Source: a virus
Lineage: Duplodnaviria; Caudoviricetes
Virus record (IMG/VR): IMGVR_UViG_3300038393_000548
Coordinates: 1 to 29,949 of that record
Strand: one strand, 5' to 3'
Length of the DNA stretch: 29,949 nucleotides
Positions 26,914 through 29,949 of this stretch are shown here, in pieces (position 1 is the first letter of the stretch; every line of letters starts with the position of its first letter). The notes beneath the pieces were generated by a model. That model saw nothing but the letters and a program-made list of their open reading frames with translations. It ran no database searches and was not told the origin of the DNA. A program made the position numbers and the translations under genes.

Positions 26914-27109
26914 AGTGTTTGGGCTTCCTCCCGGATTTGGAGATAGGTTGGTCACTTGTTATCTGAAGGAAATGGTTGCGGGCTTCGTCTTCAGTTTTAA
27001 ATGTTTTCGAGTGTTGCGGAATGCCGTTTCGTGTAAATCGAACTTGAAAAGTACCGTGTCTTGTTATGAAATATCCTCTAGGGTGTGGGTATTTGTATTC
27101 GAATGCCAT
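26894..27109 (-). CDS. Small AP2-like DNA-binding protein
   Basis: RGYFITRHGTFQVRFTRNG...SKTFKTEDEA pattern; SD AGAGGG. Confidence 0.55.
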   Translation of the reverse strand: MAFEYKYPHPRGYFITRHGTFQVRFTRNGIPQHSKTFKTEDEARNHFLQITSDQPISKSGRKPKHYGKKRN

Positions 27110-27140
27110 CGAATCACCCTCTTTGATAATCTATGATTCT

Positions 27141-27169
27141 AGTATACTGCTATCTGGAAGATTTATCAA
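27141..27169 (-). promoter_or_regulatory. sigmaA-type promoter heading the late/packaging operon
   Basis: TTGATA-N17-TATACT. Confidence 0.7.
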
Positions 27170-27195
27170 GAGCTAGATTAGGGCAAAAAGAAGCC

Positions 27196-27318
27196 CTATT
27201 CGGGCGATTTTCGGGCTTTGTCCTTACGAAGTTTGCGGACTATCCATATTGACTGAAGTTGACCACCGATTAGGCCGATGGTGGATAAGACGATTACGTC
27301 GAGCAGAGTTAGGTTCAT
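27196..27318 (-). CDS. 40-aa hydrophobic peptide with basic tail (absent from the ORF track)
   Basis: MNLTLLDVIVLSTIGLIGGQLQSIWIVRKLRKDKARKSPE; SD AAGGAG; terminator-like AAGCCC...GGGCTT plus T tract at about 27185-27218. Confidence 0.6.
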   Translation of the reverse strand: MNLTLLDVIVLSTIGLIGGQLQSIWIVRKLRKDKARKSPE

Positions 27319-27319
27319 T

Positions 27320-27398
27320 TTGGGGAGTCTCCTTTTTTGTTTATTATGTGTTTACAAGTTGGGGATTATGCTGTATTTGGGGATAGGAAATTTGGGGA
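27320..27398 (+). repeat. Four direct TTGGGGA repeats
   Basis: Copies at 27320, 27359, 27377 and 27392. Confidence 0.7.
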
Positions 27399-27604
27399 GA
27401 TGCAAGGCAAAATGCATGTGTTCCCCCGCGCAGGTTCGCCTGTCGTGGGCGGGACTCCTTTTCGGGCGTACCCCATACCCCTCCCCCGTCACCAATTTAA
27501 TTGCACACAATACAATTATTGGCCTTCAAATCAAGTCAAATCAAATCGCTCACCCATTTACCCATGCTTGTTTACAGGTTGTTTGGGTATTTGTAAAATA
27601 GTTC

Positions 27605-27633
27605 TTGACTTTCTTGTTTACCTGTTATAAGAT
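27605..27633 (+). promoter_or_regulatory. Early sigmaA promoter P1
   Basis: TTGACT-N17-TAAGAT. Confidence 0.7.
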
Positions 27634-27638
27634 TAAGA

Positions 27639-27714
27639 CATCAACAAGAGGTGCTACCGCAGGGTTAACAGTGACTAGGTTGATGCCGATCAAAAGGCCG
27701 GGTTGGTCGCCTGC
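27639..27714 (+). ncRNA. Putative structured RNA cassette 1
   Basis: CATCAAC/GTTGATG stem starting at the predicted TSS; CGATCAA/TTGGTCG hairpin; possible GCAGG/CCTGC pseudoknot; no ORF. Confidence 0.4.
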
Positions 27715-27738
27715 TAGAATATGTAAACAAATTAACGC

Positions 27739-27768
27739 TTGACACGTAAACGGGTTTTATGGTATGAT
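27739..27768 (+). promoter_or_regulatory. Early sigmaA promoter P2
   Basis: TTGACA-N18-TATGAT with extended TG. Confidence 0.85.
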
Positions 27769-27775
27769 GGTTTCA

Positions 27776-27877
27776 GTAAGGCGAACACGGCAGGACTCGA
27801 CGGAAAGGTCGTCTTCATCCAAAACGTTAGCCACAGTCATAGCTAGAGACAATGGAACGCATACCGCATCGCCTTAC
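27776..27877 (+). ncRNA. Putative structured RNA cassette 2
   Basis: Terminal 9-bp stem GTAAGGCGA/TCGCCTTAC starting at the predicted TSS; internal CGAC/GTCG, TCCA/TGGA and TAGC/GCTA helices. Confidence 0.55.
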
Positions 27878-27892
27878 CAGTAAACAAATTGC

Positions 27893-27921
27893 TTGACAAT
27901 CAGTAAACAGTGTGGTATGAT
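27893..27921 (+). promoter_or_regulatory. Early sigmaA promoter P3
   Basis: TTGACA-N17-TATGAT with extended TG. Confidence 0.9.
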
Positions 27922-27929
27922 GAAATCAA

Positions 27930-28023
27930 GGTAAGGCGATGGATACATAGCGGAGCAATCGAATCAGTTGCCCAGAATGGTATAACGGATTGCGCGTATC
28001 GGTGACTAACGAAGTGCCTTACC
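27930..28023 (+). ncRNA. Putative structured RNA cassette 3
   Basis: Terminal stem GGTAAGGC/GCCTTACC with nested GATAC/GTATC and GCAATC/GATTGC helices (rod with internal loops). Confidence 0.55.
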
Positions 28024-28267
28024 ACGCTTCAAACGCATTACATGTATCACGTGTCATGAAAGCAGGCGCTATATTATCTCAGTTATTACAATGCTGTGGA
28101 GGCAGGAGTCGCTCATAACTCCTATATCAAATGAGAGGCGATTCGACTACATAACGCACTCGTTGTGGCGTAGCGAAGTGGCTAAGGCTTTGAAAGGCCA
28201 TTAAAGGGCTTAGGATCAATCCTGAGCGTTTTAATGGCAAGTCAAATCTAATAACTAAGGGAGATGT

Positions 28268-28579
28268 TTGATTATGATTAAAAACGTAACGATGAAAATG
28301 GATGCAATGAGCAACGTTCACTTGGTAGCTGACAAACATGAGATGTTGGTTATGGTATCTTGGGAATGGAATGACTATAGCAACGAATGGTATGGACGCT
28401 ATTCCGTAAAAACAACGCTTGACTTCGCTGCAATCGGGGATCGTTGGGACATTGAATACAAAGCGCGTGAACATAAGCATGAAAATCTGATTAAAGTTTT
28501 AGTTCTCATGGCTACACAATTATTAGACTTGCACAAACCAGCAGCTAAAGAAGTCCAAACTGAGGAAGCGTCCGAATAG
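28268..28579 (+). CDS. First early protein, hypothetical (start may be 28274)
   Basis: SD AAGGGAG; 103-aa ORF. Confidence 0.8.
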   Translation: MIMIKNVTMKMDAMSNVHLVADKHEMLVMVSWEWNDYSNEWYGRYSVKTTLDFAAIGDRWDIEYKAREHKHENLIKVLVLMATQLLDLHKPAAKEVQTEEASE

Positions 28580-28589
28580 GACGCTTTTT
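28566..28589 (+). terminator. Intrinsic terminator
   Basis: AAGCGTCC-gaata-GGACGCTT followed by TTT. Confidence 0.75.
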
Positions 28590-28603
28590 CCATCTAAAGG
28601 AGA

Positions 28604-28906
28604 GTGTATCTAATGAACCGATTCCGCAACTTTATCACGAATCAAGAAGGGCAGCACGTATCCATTATGATGATTGATGGTCGCATTGTAGAAGGTAAAG
28701 CGATTCTTGTCCCTTGTTTTGATAGTTCCGAACCGTTCATTGAAGAAAGTGATGGTGTATGGGTGCAACCTTTGGATGATTCCAAAATGGTGCTTGTATG
28801 GCCTAAGTACAACCGCAAATGGGTTGATGCTATCGAATATGGTGACAATGCTTTCTACGATTTAGACGGATCACGGCAAATGGCTTTCATTAATAGTTGT
28901 GAATAA
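28604..28906 (+). CDS. Early hypothetical protein
   Basis: SD AAAGGAG; 100-aa ORF. Confidence 0.75.
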   Translation: MYLMNRFRNFITNQEGQHVSIMMIDGRIVEGKAILVPCFDSSEPFIEESDGVWVQPLDDSKMVLVWPKYNRKWVDAIEYGDNAFYDLDGSRQMAFINSCE

Positions 28907-28959
28907 CATGTATACTGATTCTCAAAAATGTGTATACTATAACTAAAGGAGTGATTCGA

Positions 28960-29079
28960 TTGAAAAATGCTTATAGCATCATGCTTACATTGAACCGTCG
29001 TTTAACTAAGGAGCAGTTTAAAGCGGAATATTGCCGAATTAGATTGTATATCCAACGAAAGGAGGGCTTATATGTTTAA
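28960..29079 (+). CDS. Small early protein (39 aa; absent from the ORF track)
   Basis: TTG start, SD AAAGGAGTG; MKNAYSIMLTLNRRLTKEQFKAEYCRIRLYIQRKEGLYV. Confidence 0.6.
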   Translation: MKNAYSIMLTLNRRLTKEQFKAEYCRIRLYIQRKEGLYV

Positions 29080-29215
29080 TCGTGAAGAGTTATTCATTAT
29101 CCTTCAGCTTGCCTCTGAAGCTGCTCAAAATGATCCAAGTGACATTAATGCAGCAAAACTAGCTGAAAAGATTCGCACAGAGCTTGGAATAACAACTATA
29201 ATTAAGGAGAAGTGA
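29072..29215 (+). CDS. Small early protein (47 aa; absent from the ORF track)
   Basis: SD AAAGGAGG; MFNREELFIILQLASEAAQNDPSDINAAKLAEKIRTELGITTIIKEK. Confidence 0.7.
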   Translation: MFNREELFIILQLASEAAQNDPSDINAAKLAEKIRTELGITTIIKEK

Positions 29216-29219
29216 TATT

Positions 29220-29432
29220 ATGAAAAAGCCAATCGCGGGATGGGTTATCAGCAACACAGGCAGCTTACTTGTGTGGGATATGCACAATGATGAATCAATG
29301 TTAGTCGGTATCAACGATGATACGCCGGAATGGTGCGAAATTCAACACGCTATCGATGGGGATGAAGAAGTTTACTCCTACATTGACTTTCACGGCTCCG
29401 AATGGCGGCTTGATGGATGTATGCGATTCTAG
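29220..29432 (+). CDS. Small acidic early protein
   Basis: SD AAGGAG; 70 aa, D/E/W-rich. Confidence 0.75.
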   Translation: MKKPIAGWVISNTGSLLVWDMHNDESMLVGINDDTPEWCEIQHAIDGDEEVYSYIDFHGSEWRLDGCMRF

Positions 29433-29485
29433 GACGAAACGCCCCAAAACGGGCGTCCAGCCGTTAAGCGGCTGCTGACGAGTCC
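29432..29485 (+). ncRNA. Type II hammerhead ribozyme
   Basis: GGAC-GAAA-CGCCC(caaaac)GGGCG-UC^-CAGCCG(uuaag)CGGCUG-CUGACGA-GUCC. Complete catalytic core with perfect stems I, II and III; cleavage predicted after C29457. Confidence 0.93.
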
Positions 29486-29511
29486 AATATCTAAAGGGAG
29501 AGTGTTCTATT

Positions 29512-29775
29512 ATGACAACAAAACAAATTATCGCTAATTTCGTAAACGGTGCAACTAAAGGAAAAGCTTCTTCTGTCGAGATTGCAGGCGACCGCCTGTA
29601 CAACTATGCAACGGTTATCGCTCAGCGCATCAACGGTTGTATCCATATTAATACCACTCGCTATAGCATGACCACAACCAAACATCAAAACGTGCTTCGC
29701 CGGGAGATGCCAAATGCACCTACTGTGGACGATGTGCCACGCGGAACAGGCGATTTATCCAGATATATACAATAA
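29512..29775 (+). CDS. Early hypothetical phage protein
   Basis: SD AAAGGGAG; LYNYATVIA...YSMTTTKHQ motif of a recurrent small phage protein type. Confidence 0.8.
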   Translation: MTTKQIIANFVNGATKGKASSVEIAGDRLYNYATVIAQRINGCIHINTTRYSMTTTKHQNVLRREMPNAPTVDDVPRGTGDLSRYIQ

Positions 29776-29801
29776 ACTTGTAAACAGGTTGCCCAAAAAT
29801 G

Positions 29802-29828
29802 CCGGGAAATAAATTGTGTATTTCCCGG
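29802..29828. repeat. 10-bp inverted repeat
   Basis: CCGGGAAATA-N7-TATTTCCCGG in an AT-rich non-coding stretch. Confidence 0.7.
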
Positions 29829-29949
29829 ACAATATTCTGACAAATAGAACAAGTGTACCCCAAAAAATAGGAACAAGGGTTCTGTTTACAAAATGTTGTT
29901 TACAAAAGTTAGTCAAAATTTTTGAGAGATGGATATATGCTTATAGGGA

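Larger units (their letters stand above)
1..29949. mobile_element. Tailed phage genome segment, podovirus-like, Bacillota host
   Basis: Terminase, portal, scaffold, capsid, adaptor, nozzle, fibre, ejection proteins and lysis genes in order. No tape measure, sheath or tube gene. No host housekeeping genes or integrase in the window. Confidence 0.95.

Noticed and set aside
3896-26946. Many + strand ORFs antisense to structural genes (e.g. 5591-6154, 17089-17586, 18820-19353)
   Set aside because: Shadow frames of well-supported - strand genes without SD or domain signal; only 19469-19828 is supported.
27322-27397. G-quadruplex from four GGGG runs
   Set aside because: Loops of about 35, 14 and 11 nt are long; direct-repeat protein sites are a simpler explanation.
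27278-27630. + strand ORFs 27278-27601 and 27337-27630
   Set aside because: No good SD, atypical composition, and they span repeats and promoter DNA; likely spurious.
27605-28023. CRISPR mini-array or Racr (repeats with unique interiors)
   Set aside because: Repeats are inverted 8-12-bp arms, not 28-37-bp direct repeats, and do not resemble type I-B/I-C repeats; no cas genes.
27778-28024. tRNA genes: cassettes 2 and 3 both end in stem + A-CCA
   Set aside because: No T-loop (TTCRA), D-loop or anticodon arm geometry; the CCA is partly within the closing stem.
28104-28135. preQ1-I riboswitch or twister ribozyme
   Set aside because: Pseudoknot topology is similar, but the A-rich tail and ligand-binding loop residues (preQ1) and the P1/P4/T1/T2 elements (twister) are not satisfied.
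27942-28238. HDV-like or pistol ribozyme (GGTGACTAA, GGCTAA, CCTGAGCGT motifs)
   Set aside because: Could not build the P2/P3/L3 nested pseudoknot (HDV) or the P1-loop pseudoknot (pistol).
1-29949. Integrated prophage boundaries / att sites
   Set aside because: No integrase, host genes or tRNA junction in the window; lifestyle cannot be determined here.

Overview
About 30 kb of a tailed phage genome with podovirus-type morphogenesis genes. The host is probably a spore-forming Bacillota (Paenibacillus/Bacillus-like); this is inferred from sigmaA promoters, strong Shine-Dalgarno sites, XkdW/BhlA-like genes and sporulation-type promoters. Left to right: a truncated FtsK/SpoIIIE ATPase (-), then the end of a + strand DNA-metabolism block (DUF4258-like, RuvC-like, DUF3310). 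A long - strand late region follows (lysis cassette, two ejection-type proteins, tail fibre and chaperones, nozzle, adaptor, LamG protein, major capsid, decoration, scaffold, portal, TerL, putative TerS, HNH-AP2). Then comes a GC-rich strand-switch/packaging-type region and the + strand early region. Highlights not in the ORF track: (1) three tandem sigmaA promoters, each firing directly into a self-closing structured non-coding RNA cassette; (2) a complete type II hammerhead ribozyme between two early genes; (3) two counter-oriented genes with sporulation-sigma-type promoters (sigmaE-like for FtsK, sigmaF/G-like for a YdjM-family membrane hydrolase); (4) an anti-SD/promoter switch on the holin gene; (5) Acb2/Tad1-like and RyR-domain candidate anti-defence proteins; (6) repeated operator/promoter motifs and an over-represented CTAAAG hexamer. 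All family calls are motif recognition by eye; no searches were run.
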